A stretch of 56,037 nt of DNA from a virus (lineage: Duplodnaviria > Caudoviricetes): positions 1-56,037 of IMG/VR virus record IMGVR_UViG_3300024998_000001; one strand, 5' to 3'. Shown here piece after piece: positions 1 through 8,703 of this stretch. The notes under the pieces are model-generated. The model was given only the letters and a program-made list of their open reading frames with translations, ran no database searches and was not told where the DNA came from. Position numbers and translations under genes: made by a program. How positions within the stretch are numbered: position 1 is the stretch's first letter; each line of letters starts with the position of its first letter.

Positions 1-121
1 GAAGACGATGCACAGCCAGAGGCGTCATGAGCAGTCCGCATACGATCCGACCAGATATGGGTGATTGATGAAGCCCGGCACTGCGGACTTCCAGCCCTTT
101 CCAACAGAACGAGGCGTAAGC

Positions 122-195
122 TGGCTGGGGGACTAGGATTCGAACCTAGACTGGCGGAGTCAGAGTCCGCTGTCCTACCGTTAGACGATCCCCCA
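122..195 (-). tRNA. tRNA-Gln (anticodon CTG), intact, CCA encoded
   Basis: Reverse complement reads TGGGGGATCGTCTAACGGTAGGACAGCGGACTCTGACTCCGCCAGTCTAGGTTCGAATCCTAGTCCCCCAGCCA. It has anticodon stem GCGGA/TCCGC around CT-CTG-AC, T-loop GTTCGAATC and a 3' CCA. Confidence 0.97.
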
Positions 196-196
196 A
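167..196. repeat. Left attachment core (30-bp direct repeat; 5' half of tRNA-Gln)
   Basis: ccgctgtcctaccgttagacgatcccccaa is identical to 55911-55940; the flanking bases differ on both sides. Confidence 0.95.
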
Positions 197-241
197 CAGG
201 ATCAATGGCTTAAAAGCCGATTTAGAGAACGACTTAACACT

Positions 242-1255
242 TTAGCGTTTTGGGAGCCTAGATATAGCCCTATCCGCCTGCCGTTCCTGGCTCGCCTGTC
301 TAATGTAATGCTCCACCAGCTTCAAGGACTTGTGGCCGGTAATGGCCTGGATTTCCGGGGCACCCGAACCAAGCTCGGCCAGCCGGGCCGCTGCCGTATG
401 CCGAAGGCCGTGAAAGCTCAAATCCGGCTCCAGCCCTTCCACCGCCTGCCGGGCCTCCAGAAACTCCCGCGAGAATACCCGGGGGTGATAGGACCGCCCC
501 GTGACCGTGGTCAGGATGGTGAGGCCGCGCCGGGCCGTCTCATCCAACAAGGCTTTCAGATCCGGGTGCACCGGGATGCTGAGCGTGGTGCCTGTCTTCT
601 GCTGGCGCAGTCGGATTCGGGCACCATCATAGTTCGACCATGCCAGCCGGATCACATCGGAGAGGCGCTGGCCGGTGTAGAGGCCCAGTTCGAACGCCAA
701 CCGCATCATGGGCGGCGCCGAGGCGCGGAACAGGGCTATCTGGTGCTCATCCCAGCGTCGGTATCCGTCGCCGCCACGGAGCTTTGTGATTCCTCTGGTG
801 GGATCGGCCGACGCGATGCCACGTATGACGGCAAAACGGAACAGAGCCCGGATTACCGATATGGCGTGATTGGCGGCCACAGGCGTGCTCTTGAGCCGGT
901 CGCGTACGGCATGGATATAAGCCATATCTACAGCGGTGATCGGTTTGTCTCCCACGGACCGGTCCAGCCGGAGGAGGTAGCGGCGGTAGTCGCGCTTCGT
1001 GGCCGGCGCAAGCTGATCGAAGTCGGCACTGTTCAGGTAAATCTCAATCGTGTGGGCCACGCTGCCTGGCGTGTACCGCCCTAACGGCGCCTTCTCGGCC
1101 AAGAGCGCAGCATAGGCGGCGTGAAAGGCCGGGGTGTCCACATCTGGCAGGCGCACGGAACCGCCACCGGAGCGACGGAAGCGGTAATAGACGTGCTTTC
1201 CGATCCGCTGCTTGTAGACATATCTCGGAAGCTTAGAATCTCTCGACCGCTTCAT
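242..1255 (-). CDS. int: Tyrosine recombinase / phage integrase
   Basis: Catalytic motifs TGQRLSD, K (QQKTG), HGLRHT, TGH and HY. Adjacent to att. Likely start is MKRSRDSK at 1255. Confidence 0.95.
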   Translation of the reverse strand: MKRSRDSKLPRYVYKQRIGKHVYYRFRRSGGGSVRLPDVDTPAFHAAYAALLAEKAPLGRYTPGSVAHTIEIYLNSADFDQLAPATKRDYRRYLLRLDRSVGDKPITAVDMAYIHAVRDRLKSTPVAANHAISVIRALFRFAVIRGIASADPTRGITKLRGGDGYRRWDEHQIALFRASAPPMMRLAFELGLYTGQRLSDVIRLAWSNYDGARIRLRQQKTGTTLSIPVHPDLKALLDETARRGLTILTTVTGRSYHPRVFSREFLEARQAVEGLEPDLSFHGLRHTAAARLAELGSGAPEIQAITGHKSLKLVEHYIRQASQERQADRAISRLPKR

Positions 1256-1463
1256 GCCAGTCGATCCCCGCCCCATTCCGCCCCGTCAGGCCATCAATAT
1301 AGCGGTCCAAAGCTTCCCTTTCCCAGAGGTCGTTTGGACCAAGCTTGACCGGCGGCAGGCGGATATAGCGCCGGAAAGCGCGCGGTGTCAGCCCGCAATA
1401 GTCCGCAGCCTCATGCAGAGTGAGGAGCCTGGGCTCAAGCTTGCGGGCAGATGCTGCCATCAC
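1233..1463 (-). CDS. Excisionase-like winged-HTH protein
   Basis: LLTLHEAADYCG...W.REALDRYID pattern; directly upstream of and overlapping int. Confidence 0.75.
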   Translation of the reverse strand: MMAASARKLEPRLLTLHEAADYCGLTPRAFRRYIRLPPVKLGPNDLWEREALDRYIDGLTGRNGAGIDWHEAVERF

Positions 1464-1491
1464 CGCCCCATTGCTCTATGTGGGGGGAGGG

Positions 1492-1908
1492 TCACTGACC
1501 TTTTCTCCATGTGAGAGGATGAGGCTCCGGCAGAACGAAGATGTGCCGCATATTGGCGACGTTCACGACCAGAGCGTCGGCAGGGTAAATCTCGATAGCG
1601 TCTTTGTCGCCACGTCCGCATTCTGATTTAAGACGCTGGATATCGTCCCATGGGATGTTGTCGGCCCACGATTTTCCGTCATGAGATGTTCTGATGATTG
1701 AAAGCCGCTCAACGCCATCCCGTTCATAGAATATCTGGACTAGATAGTGTCGTGACCGCCAGCATTCATCGGGTGGTTTGACGCGGAAATTGTCGATGAT
1801 AGGCCATTCTTCCTTGGGCCAATAACGCAAGGTCATCGGCCACGCTTTATTATCGCGCTCTAACTGCTTCCGCTGGCGGCGACTCGGGCTCGGAGAAAGC
1901 TCCATCAT
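1492..1908 (-). CDS. Conserved phage protein (DUF7694-like)
   Basis: W.DIQRLKSE.G...AIEIYP....VVNVANMRHIFVL motif; ATGA overlap with the upstream gene. Confidence 0.55.
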   Translation of the reverse strand: MMELSPSPSRRQRKQLERDNKAWPMTLRYWPKEEWPIIDNFRVKPPDECWRSRHYLVQIFYERDGVERLSIIRTSHDGKSWADNIPWDDIQRLKSECGRGDKDAIEIYPADALVVNVANMRHIFVLPEPHPLTWRKGQ

Positions 1909-2216
1909 CCCGCACTCTCTGTGTGTGGTGGGGGAGGGAGAGGTTGCCAATGTGTAGGCGCGCCCTCTATTGGGCGGAAGCCTGAGCGACTCGCCGTCCA
2001 ATAGCCCGCATGCTTTTCTGCCAGCACGATTGCATGCTGCGGAGGCGTGTGTTTCGGGCCACCTACTGGCCCGTCGCACCACCAGATTTCCCGTTGATGG
2101 GCACAATTGTGCTTTAGTCGCTTGCCATTTTGCTGCGGTATCGTTTTGCGCGGAATATAGGCCCAGATATGCGTTCCGTCTTTCGGTGCCGTCTCAATCG
2201 GTCTCCACTCATCCAT
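1905..2216 (-). CDS. DUF551-like phage protein
   Basis: WRPIETAPKDGT N-terminus and PTHWQPLPPPP C-terminus. Confidence 0.75.
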   Translation of the reverse strand: MDEWRPIETAPKDGTHIWAYIPRKTIPQQNGKRLKHNCAHQREIWWCDGPVGGPKHTPPQHAIVLAEKHAGYWTASRSGFRPIEGAPTHWQPLPPPPHTESAG

Positions 2217-2243
2217 CGCCCATCTCCTTCTGTGCGCGGGTGA

Positions 2244-2471
2244 TCATTGATTGATACCTCTGTCGCGTTGCTTCGAAAGGACAGTCATTGTCAGCATGTA
2301 ATCTATGCCATCTTGATCAGTCACAATTGCCGCAGTCATGCTTCCCACGGTCTTATCATCGATAAGCATAATTTCGTCTGGTAGCCGTTGCGGAGATGTC
2401 GGCCATAGTCGTTCACATAGCCTCTTCGCCGCCTCAATCAGTTCGCGCGCGGTCTGGTCGGTGAGAGCCAT
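2244..2471 (-). CDS. Hypothetical protein
   Basis: Start MALTDQ overlaps the stop of the upstream gene; same operon direction. Confidence 0.5.
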   Translation of the reverse strand: MALTDQTARELIEAAKRLCERLWPTSPQRLPDEIMLIDDKTVGSMTAAIVTDQDGIDYMLTMTVLSKQRDRGINQ

Positions 2472-2953
2472 TATTTCCCCTCCAGCGTGGCGCGGATGCT
2501 TTCGATTTCCGCATTGACACAAGCCTCAAAACCGGAGGCGTCGTTCGAGCCACGTACTTGCGCCACGCGTTCATTCGCCAGCGCCTTCTCCAACGCCTCA
2601 ATCCTTGCAGCCTGGGAAAAAATGCAATTCCGTTCGGCGTCGATAGCTTCCGCGATCAACTCTGCGACTGCATATTGCTGACCAACCAGCTTCCCCCGCA
2701 GCATCACATTCGAGGGCCACCCAAACTGGTCCACGATGTCTTTGGCGATCCTGGCAGGAGCCTTCGGAGGTTGAGCCGCCCCCTCCATCCTCGCGGCGTC
2801 GGCTGCGGCGAGGGCGGCCTTGGCGTGCCCTAGCCACATTTCGCGGGTCTCTTCGTCGAGTCTTTCCCACAAAAACATACGAATGGGCGGCCCGCACGGC
2901 GAAATCCAATTCTCACGCAGCGCCCGCGCCGCAGCTTCGACAGGATCAGTCAT
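2471..2953 (-). CDS. Hypothetical phage protein
   Basis: MTDPVEAAARAL start overlaps the previous stop; typical early-region modular protein. Confidence 0.55.
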   Translation of the reverse strand: MTDPVEAAARALRENWISPCGPPIRMFLWERLDEETREMWLGHAKAALAAADAARMEGAAQPPKAPARIAKDIVDQFGWPSNVMLRGKLVGQQYAVAELIAEAIDAERNCIFSQAARIEALEKALANERVAQVRGSNDASGFEACVNAEIESIRATLEGK

Positions 2954-3386
2954 TGGTGGTCTCCAGTTCTGAGAGGAGGGCGCGAAACGCAATCGGGTAG
3001 AAACCCGCGGGCAAGGGCGACCAAAGCCATCCCGTCGCGCTATTTGAGGATATCGTGTCGATATCGAGGTTGACTGGTTCGTAGGGTTTTTTACTTCGCC
3101 GGAACCAACGCTGCGCGGTCGGATGCCACTTCCCAACAAAGGGAATCCAATCCGACATGACCATTTCCCATTCGCTTCCGTCTGTTGGGCAATGGATGAT
3201 ATTGCGCCACTGCTTCTCAAATTGTGCCAGCGTCTCCCGCAGCTTGGCGTGCTCGGCTTCCAGCCGGTTCCGATCTCTGGCGGCGGCGCACATGCGTGCA
3301 GTAACAGAGCCATATATAACCCTATCGCGCTCGATCTCATCAATTTCAGCGTCTGTGGGGTGGGTGGTCATGGCTTCTTGTTCCAC
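2946..3386 (-). CDS. Hypothetical phage protein
   Basis: Coupled ORF in the leftward operon with a coiled-coil segment. Confidence 0.5.
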   Translation of the reverse strand: MEQEAMTTHPTDAEIDEIERDRVIYGSVTARMCAAARDRNRLEAEHAKLRETLAQFEKQWRNIIHCPTDGSEWEMVMSDWIPFVGKWHPTAQRWFRRSKKPYEPVNLDIDTISSNSATGWLWSPLPAGFYPIAFRALLSELETTND

Positions 3387-3465
3387 ATCAGATCGGCAAA
3401 CATGAACGCTATAAAAGCGCCTGTTGCTGCACCGACGAGATAAGCAATCCCGACTACGGCTCCCA

Positions 3466-3672
3466 TCACTCCATCTCCTTCAGAATGGCGCGGTATTCGG
3501 ATGCTTTTGTCGCCGCCCCGGCACGTAAGCCAGCGAAGGCCACATACACAGCGCGGTGGCTCTGTGGGCGAACCTCGGTTCCCTGTTGCTTCCAATGCTG
3601 CGCGTACTTTTCCAAATCCTCGCACACCGCCTCCAGCATCTCTTTCGCTGTCTTTGCTGATTTGATGGTCAT
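3466..3672 (-). CDS. Hypothetical protein
   Basis: ATGA overlap with the upstream gene and an RBS-like aagga. Confidence 0.5.
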   Translation of the reverse strand: MTIKSAKTAKEMLEAVCEDLEKYAQHWKQQGTEVRPQSHRAVYVAFAGLRAGAATKASEYRAILKEME

Positions 3673-4118
3673 GCGAGTGTCCTTTCAAACAACGTCTTTG
3701 GCGTCGTCGGATGCTTGTCGTCGCGAAGGCGCTTGGCGCGCGACCAGGAACCGCCTTTTGTTTGTCCGATCAGGCGCCAACCGGCGGCACGCAGCGTCAC
3801 GCCGTCTTCACTCGCGAGAATGTAGGTGCCGATCCGTCGAAACCCGAGGGCGAAAGCAGCGCGAGCTGCGGCGCCGTACAGGAACGAGCAAGCGTTTTTG
3901 GTGCCATCCGTGCAGAGCCGAGTGACTTCCGCTGTTTCTCCATCGTCGCGCATTCTGGCGACGGGTCGGCCGACAATTGCCACGCCGACAAGATCACCAC
4001 CCGCCAAGGCACCGAGCGAAAAGAGGTGGCCGACGACGGGCTTATGATGACGGTGCAGGCGTCCAACGAACTCGTTCGCTTCCACGAGGCTGACTCGACA
4101 ATGAGAGAGGTGGCTCAC
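3669..4118 (-). CDS. XF1762-family (Mom-like/GNAT-fold) protein
   Basis: EANEFV..LHRHHKP, GVAIVGRPVAR, EVTRLCTDGTKNACSFLY, TYIL.SE.G.TLRAAGW motifs. GTG start overlaps the upstream stop. Confidence 0.75.
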   Translation of the reverse strand: MSHLSHCRVSLVEANEFVGRLHRHHKPVVGHLFSLGALAGGDLVGVAIVGRPVARMRDDGETAEVTRLCTDGTKNACSFLYGAAARAAFALGFRRIGTYILASEDGVTLRAAGWRLIGQTKGGSWSRAKRLRDDKHPTTPKTLFERTLA

Positions 4119-4333
4119 TTCTTCCTCCTCTTCATCACCACGACAGGGACAGCGCGGTAGCCCATGCGCCTTAAGTCGGCGCGCGTTGCTCCTGGATCGG
4201 CGCTCCACATCTCATGTGCGCGCCATGCTCCCGCTCTAGTGCTGCGGATGTCGTCAAAGTAGGGGAACCTGCCTTCCGGCCCCACCACGACCCATCCCTT
4301 CACAGGCTTCAGAGGTTTGCGTTTGATCGTCAT
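4115..4333 (-). CDS. Hypothetical protein
   Basis: ATGA/GTGA coupling on both sides. Confidence 0.55.
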   Translation of the reverse strand: MTIKRKPLKPVKGWVVVGPEGRFPYFDDIRSTRAGAWRAHEMWSADPGATRADLRRMGYRAVPVVVMKRRKK

Positions 4334-5229
4334 GAGATTGCCCTCGGATATGTGTTGTGTTCGACGCCGTCGAGCAGACGGCCAGCGCGCTTCTTGCCGA
4401 GCCGATAAACCCATTCGCCGTTGTCTTCGAATGGGTATAGCTCGTAACCGTTACGCGCATATCGCCACGCTTGGCCGCTCCATACGGCGCATCTGGCTTG
4501 GCCGGCCATAATGGGGTCTCGTCCATCGGAGGTTGGTCCGGTATCGGGCGCCCACTCGCCCCACTGTTTAAAGTGGTAGGGCACATCATTGACCGCGCAC
4601 TGATCGCGTAGCGAGCGTGGCCAATCGGGATCCATAGGTCGTGCGTCGGGGCCGCTCTCGCCGCCGCAGATCACCCAATCGGGAATCGTGCTTCCCATGT
4701 CGATGGGACCCAGCATGGGTTCGACGCTGACGAATGAAAACAGAGCGCCTAGATATTTGCTGGCGTATCTCAGCTTCTCGGCGTCACGATCCCATTCGGT
4801 CTGATTGACCATTGTGGAGCCAAGCGCTGCGTTCGCTGGCAAGCCTCGGCCAAGGTCGTAGCAATGTCGGATTGCATTGCCGATGCGCTTGGATAGCAAG
4901 AGCCAGATAAGCCATGGCGTCTTATCCATCAGATCGAATAGATCAGCGCGCCACTGCTGCGGAACCTCTTTGTCCCAGATATCGCCAAGCGAGAGACAAA
5001 AGACGGTCGCGCGCTTCCCTGATTTTTCCGCAGCCTTGTTCCAGCGGATCGGCTGATGCCAATTTGACGGCGACGTGCGCTTGCGCGGTCCGCCCCATGT
5101 CACCTTGCCATAGCGGTGGTCCATCAGCGCCTCGGCATAGCAGTGATCACATGCCGGGCTCACCTTCATGCAGCCAATCCACGGATTAAAAGTGTGGTTG
5201 CACCATTCTATCTTGCTGTTCGCGCCCAT
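4330..5229 (-). CDS. Phage Gp37/Gp68 (DUF5131) radical-SAM-like protein
   Basis: SKIEW..HTFNPWIGC.KVSPACDHCYAE three-Cys motif, FVSVEPMLG, WVICGGESG, HFKQWG. Confidence 0.9.
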   Translation of the reverse strand: MGANSKIEWCNHTFNPWIGCMKVSPACDHCYAEALMDHRYGKVTWGGPRKRTSPSNWHQPIRWNKAAEKSGKRATVFCLSLGDIWDKEVPQQWRADLFDLMDKTPWLIWLLLSKRIGNAIRHCYDLGRGLPANAALGSTMVNQTEWDRDAEKLRYASKYLGALFSFVSVEPMLGPIDMGSTIPDWVICGGESGPDARPMDPDWPRSLRDQCAVNDVPYHFKQWGEWAPDTGPTSDGRDPIMAGQARCAVWSGQAWRYARNGYELYPFEDNGEWVYRLGKKRAGRLLDGVEHNTYPRAIS

Positions 5230-6938
5230 TAGAACAGCACCTCGCTTGCGCGCACGGCTGCGCCGTCGTGTTCCCATAGGCGTTTTGCCTTCATCCGCTG
5301 CAGGTACGCGTCACGGCTGGAACGCTTGTATCCGGTCATTTCATCCAGATCGGCGCGAGCGACCGAACCGGGATAAGCGTCGATCAGACATTGCAGGATT
5401 TTGCGTTCGCCTTCGGGGAGACGGGATAGCCAATATTCCTGAAGGCCAGCACCAGTCGGCAGCGGCTCATAATCGGCCGGCAGAGCAGCTTCGCCATCTG
5501 GCGTCATGCGGATGGTCGATCCATCCACTTCGACAAAGCCCTTTTCCCGAAGCCGCTGGATATAGGCGTCCCGGGAGGATCGCTTGTAGCCGGTGAGGAT
5601 CGTCAACTGCTCGCGCTCAACGCCGCCGAATTGCGCCGCGGCGATCAGGACAGCGCGCTCGCCGGGAGGCAGTGTGATATAGGTGCGGCGGCCGATATGA
5701 GGGGCCACAGCCTGCGGGCGATTGTCAGGCGGCGAAACGCGCTTCACCGACGCAGTGGGCGCAGTGGCGAATTTCAGATCAGGCGAGACATTTGGTGCGT
5801 CAGGCGCCGCTGCCATTGGCAATGCGCTGATAGCAGCCATCTGGTCCTTGGCACCTCTCTGATGCCCGGCACGCCATCCGGCCTTCCATCCGGCGCCGTA
5901 GCCTTCTGCCAGGCCTTCACGTTTCCCAGAGCCAAATGCGGCCTCACGGTCTTTGAGGGCGGCGGTGCCGTCACCCGCCGGCGCAGACTTCTTCGCGAGT
6001 TCGGCCCGGAGCTTTCCGATCTCCGCGCGCAGCGACTTCGGGTCGTTGGCCGTGACCTCTGCTTCGACGGTCGCCAACTTGTCTTTCAGTGCCCCCAGAT
6101 CGATGGGCTTGAGCGTGGCGGCCCGGACCCGCTCACCACGTTTGGGCGTGCGGCTGGAATCGAAAGTCGTCTTCGACGGAAAGGTCGCTTCCTTCAGAAT
6201 ACCGCGCGCGGGAATCCAGATGACCCCTTCGCCCCGCTTCTTGGTGGCGAGACCGGCACGGATTGCCTGCCATTGGGCCTTGTCGGCCGTGGCTTCGATC
6301 CAGCCGCCGACCGCATCCTGATCCTGCTTCGCCGTGAGTTTGAGGGCGATAATTCCGTCTGCCTGGCTCAGCACGTCCTTGCTGAGCACGGCCGGACGCT
6401 GGGTAAGCAGCCAAGGAATGAAGCCCTGTACCCGCCCACGCCGGACGATGGTCTCCATCATCCCGAGCAGCTTGGCGGCATCCCCGTCCTTATCCAGTAG
6501 CCGCTGGGGCGCGAACATATCCGCCTCATCCACGATGAGATGGACAGGCTCTTTGTCGGCGTTTCGATAAAGGGCTGTCAGGAACGCCAGCATGAACCGG
6601 CGTTCCGCCGCTTTGGTTCCAAGCTCGCTCAGGTCGATGATGCAGGAATCGCGTGACGTGGCCACGGCCTCGCCAATGATCGCGCCGGCATGCTCATTGA
6701 TCGGCAGATCGCCATGTGCGCCGCCGAAAATGACCGGCTGAAACCGGGAAGGTGTCTTGCCATCCGCATCCAGCCGCAGGCCCCAAGCCACGCCGAGGGG
6801 GTCCACCAAGATCACACGGGATGAACGAGCCTGCAGGTGTTCGACCGCGCCAAGCGTCAAATAGGTTTTGCCAGCCCCCGCCGTGCCGATGACGGCCAGC
6901 CGGTCGTCTAGGGCTTCATCTGGAAGAGGATATTTCAT
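5229..6938 (-). CDS. HerA/FtsK-like (DUF87) ATPase with C-terminal tandem winged helices
   Basis: Walker A GTAGAGKT, Walker B LIVDEAD, RRGR..G, TQRPA; duplicated TGYKRSSRDAY.QR repeat. Confidence 0.8.
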   Translation of the reverse strand: MKYPLPDEALDDRLAVIGTAGAGKTYLTLGAVEHLQARSSRVILVDPLGVAWGLRLDADGKTPSRFQPVIFGGAHGDLPINEHAGAIIGEAVATSRDSCIIDLSELGTKAAERRFMLAFLTALYRNADKEPVHLIVDEADMFAPQRLLDKDGDAAKLLGMMETIVRRGRVQGFIPWLLTQRPAVLSKDVLSQADGIIALKLTAKQDQDAVGGWIEATADKAQWQAIRAGLATKKRGEGVIWIPARGILKEATFPSKTTFDSSRTPKRGERVRAATLKPIDLGALKDKLATVEAEVTANDPKSLRAEIGKLRAELAKKSAPAGDGTAALKDREAAFGSGKREGLAEGYGAGWKAGWRAGHQRGAKDQMAAISALPMAAAPDAPNVSPDLKFATAPTASVKRVSPPDNRPQAVAPHIGRRTYITLPPGERAVLIAAAQFGGVEREQLTILTGYKRSSRDAYIQRLREKGFVEVDGSTIRMTPDGEAALPADYEPLPTGAGLQEYWLSRLPEGERKILQCLIDAYPGSVARADLDEMTGYKRSSRDAYLQRMKAKRLWEHDGAAVRASEVLF

Positions 6939-7312
6939 ACCGCTGCCGCCTCTACATTGGCGCGGATCACGATGGAGACCACTTTCGCGACCTCGGCCCG
7001 GCGACCATCAGGGAGGCCATCGATCAGCTTTGCGACCCGGATGGCATCGTCGCTCAGTATCGATTGAGGGGGCACTGGTTCGGCCTCAAGACCGGCGTAA
7101 AATTCTGTGACGGGCACGCCCAGATGATGCGCAATCTCCAGCAAGCGTCCTGAACCGATCCGGTTGATGCCCTTCTCGTATTTCTGAACCTGCTGGAAGG
7201 TGAGGCCGAGGTGTTCGGCCAGCTTTTCCTGGCTCATCCCCGCAAGCATCCGCTTGGCGCGGACACGACTAGCGATGATTCGGTCGAAATCGGTTGCCAT
7301 TCTTTGACGCAT
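6935..7312 (-). CDS. XRE-family HTH transcriptional regulator
   Basis: GMSQEKLAEHLGLTFQQVQKYEKGINRI, a typical alphaproteobacterial XRE sequence. Confidence 0.9.
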   Translation of the reverse strand: MRQRMATDFDRIIASRVRAKRMLAGMSQEKLAEHLGLTFQQVQKYEKGINRIGSGRLLEIAHHLGVPVTEFYAGLEAEPVPPQSILSDDAIRVAKLIDGLPDGRRAEVAKVVSIVIRANVEAAAV

Positions 7313-7734
7313 CAAATGTGCTCCTTGTCTCGCCGCACGGCTGGACCGTTCATCGGCTTCTTCCATGGACTGTTCCGGCCGCCAGCCATTGTTTGCTTCG
7401 GCCATTCCCGCTTCGGATTGCCTTTGGTGCGACCTGTAATCCGGTCAATCTTCGCCAACATGTGAATATCGGAACCGGCGGATGTTGCTTTCGTGCCCGA
7501 TGTTTTCTTGCGATGACACTCCGCCCGCTTGGCGAAGATGCGCGTCGGATCGTTCGCCGGTGGATCGAATTCTCCCGTCATTTCGTCAAAATCGCGGAAC
7601 GCCAAGGCGGGAACGTGATCGAATTCTGTTTCGTCGAGCGTCCCCAACTTCTGCCCGCAACCGCATGCGCACTTTCCTTCCTGCCGGATCACAACATCGA
7701 GCCTGATGCGCATAGGGATGGCTGGCCGCTTCAT
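7312..7734 (-). CDS. HNH endonuclease-like protein
   Basis: CACGC...EFDH.P.L...N......ECHRKKT. Confidence 0.75.
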   Translation of the reverse strand: MKRPAIPMRIRLDVVIRQEGKCACGCGQKLGTLDETEFDHVPALAFRDFDEMTGEFDPPANDPTRIFAKRAECHRKKTSGTKATSAGSDIHMLAKIDRITGRTKGNPKREWPKQTMAGGRNSPWKKPMNGPAVRRDKEHI

Positions 7735-7973
7735 ACCGGCCTCTCGAAATAGAGCGCGCCGTCCAGAAACAGGTCATTCACTTCACGATTGGCGAGCGCG
7801 GTTTCCAGAGCTTCGCCGTCACCCTTGCGGACGATCTCCATCACCCGTTCGCAGAGTTTCCTGTCCCGGTCTGACAAGTCATCCCAGCGCACGCGCAGCC
7901 ATGCCCTACAATTCCGCACCACACGGATGCGGCTGAGCCGGGCAGCTTCTGCAAGTTCGACGTCAGTGGTCAT
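7731..7973 (-). CDS. Hypothetical protein
   Basis: ATGA coupling on both sides. Confidence 0.5.
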   Translation of the reverse strand: MTTDVELAEAARLSRIRVVRNCRAWLRVRWDDLSDRDRKLCERVMEIVRKGDGEALETALANREVNDLFLDGALYFERPV

Positions 7974-8695
7974 TTCTTGCGCTTCAGGATGTGGTGTTTG
8001 GCGTTCGCCTTGGTGTCGGCGTCCATGTCGCTCTTGTAGAGCAGCCATTCGAGGTAGTCGGTGGGGAGGTCTTCCCATTTCGAACCTTTGTGCTTGCCAA
8101 AGGTCACCTTGCTCAGAAGAGCGGGTCCGGCTGACCAGCGCACCATGTCCTCAAAGGATGCACGGCCGTCGTTGAGCATGTGAGCCAAGAGGTGCGCGGT
8201 CACAAATGCATCGGGTCCGGCGCGGTGCGGCGGCATGGCCGAGGCTTCCGGCAGATCGAGGTTCAGCCAGTACCGCAGGAACTGGTTGCTATGCCCCGGC
8301 GCATCCGGCCAGAGGCGAAGGGCGACCTTGTAGGTGCAAATCCATGGGGTCTGTCCGCCTCCAAAGAACGCCCTTTCGAAAACCGCGTTATGGGCGGCAT
8401 AGGCAGCAATCTCGCCTTCGCTGAGCAATTGCAGCGCCGCGGTAGGATCCATTGCTCCCGCCACATCCGCATCGCTGATGTGATGGACCGCACGGATTTC
8501 GGGCGGTATAGGCCGGCCCGGATTGACGAGATGATCTGTGGCGCGATCCGCGATCACCGACCATTTGCGAAGCCCCGAGGTTTCATCGACGATGTGCTCG
8601 ATGACATCGCACCAGCCGACCTCGCAAATGGCAGCGCCTTTTGGATCGTCGGGAAGGCCGGTGGTCTCAAAATCTATGACCTTTATGGTGCGCAT
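7970..8695 (-). CDS. DEDDh 3'-5' exonuclease (Exonuclease X-like)
   Basis: IDFETTG, AHNAVFE, HRAGPDA and C-terminal FGKHKG..W.DLP.DYLEWL. Confidence 0.88.
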   Translation of the reverse strand: MRTIKVIDFETTGLPDDPKGAAICEVGWCDVIEHIVDETSGLRKWSVIADRATDHLVNPGRPIPPEIRAVHHISDADVAGAMDPTAALQLLSEGEIAAYAAHNAVFERAFFGGGQTPWICTYKVALRLWPDAPGHSNQFLRYWLNLDLPEASAMPPHRAGPDAFVTAHLLAHMLNDGRASFEDMVRWSAGPALLSKVTFGKHKGSKWEDLPTDYLEWLLYKSDMDADTKANAKHHILKRKK

Positions 8696-8703
8696 CGGTC
8701 CTG

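Noticed and set aside
1-121. Host sequence left of the tRNA
   Set aside because: Too short to support any feature call.
197-270. Phage-supplied promoter for the tRNA, or integrase arm sites (tttag-containing repeats resembling 55820-55832)
   Set aside because: -10-like hexamers lack a matching -35, and the repeats are too short to call without alignment.
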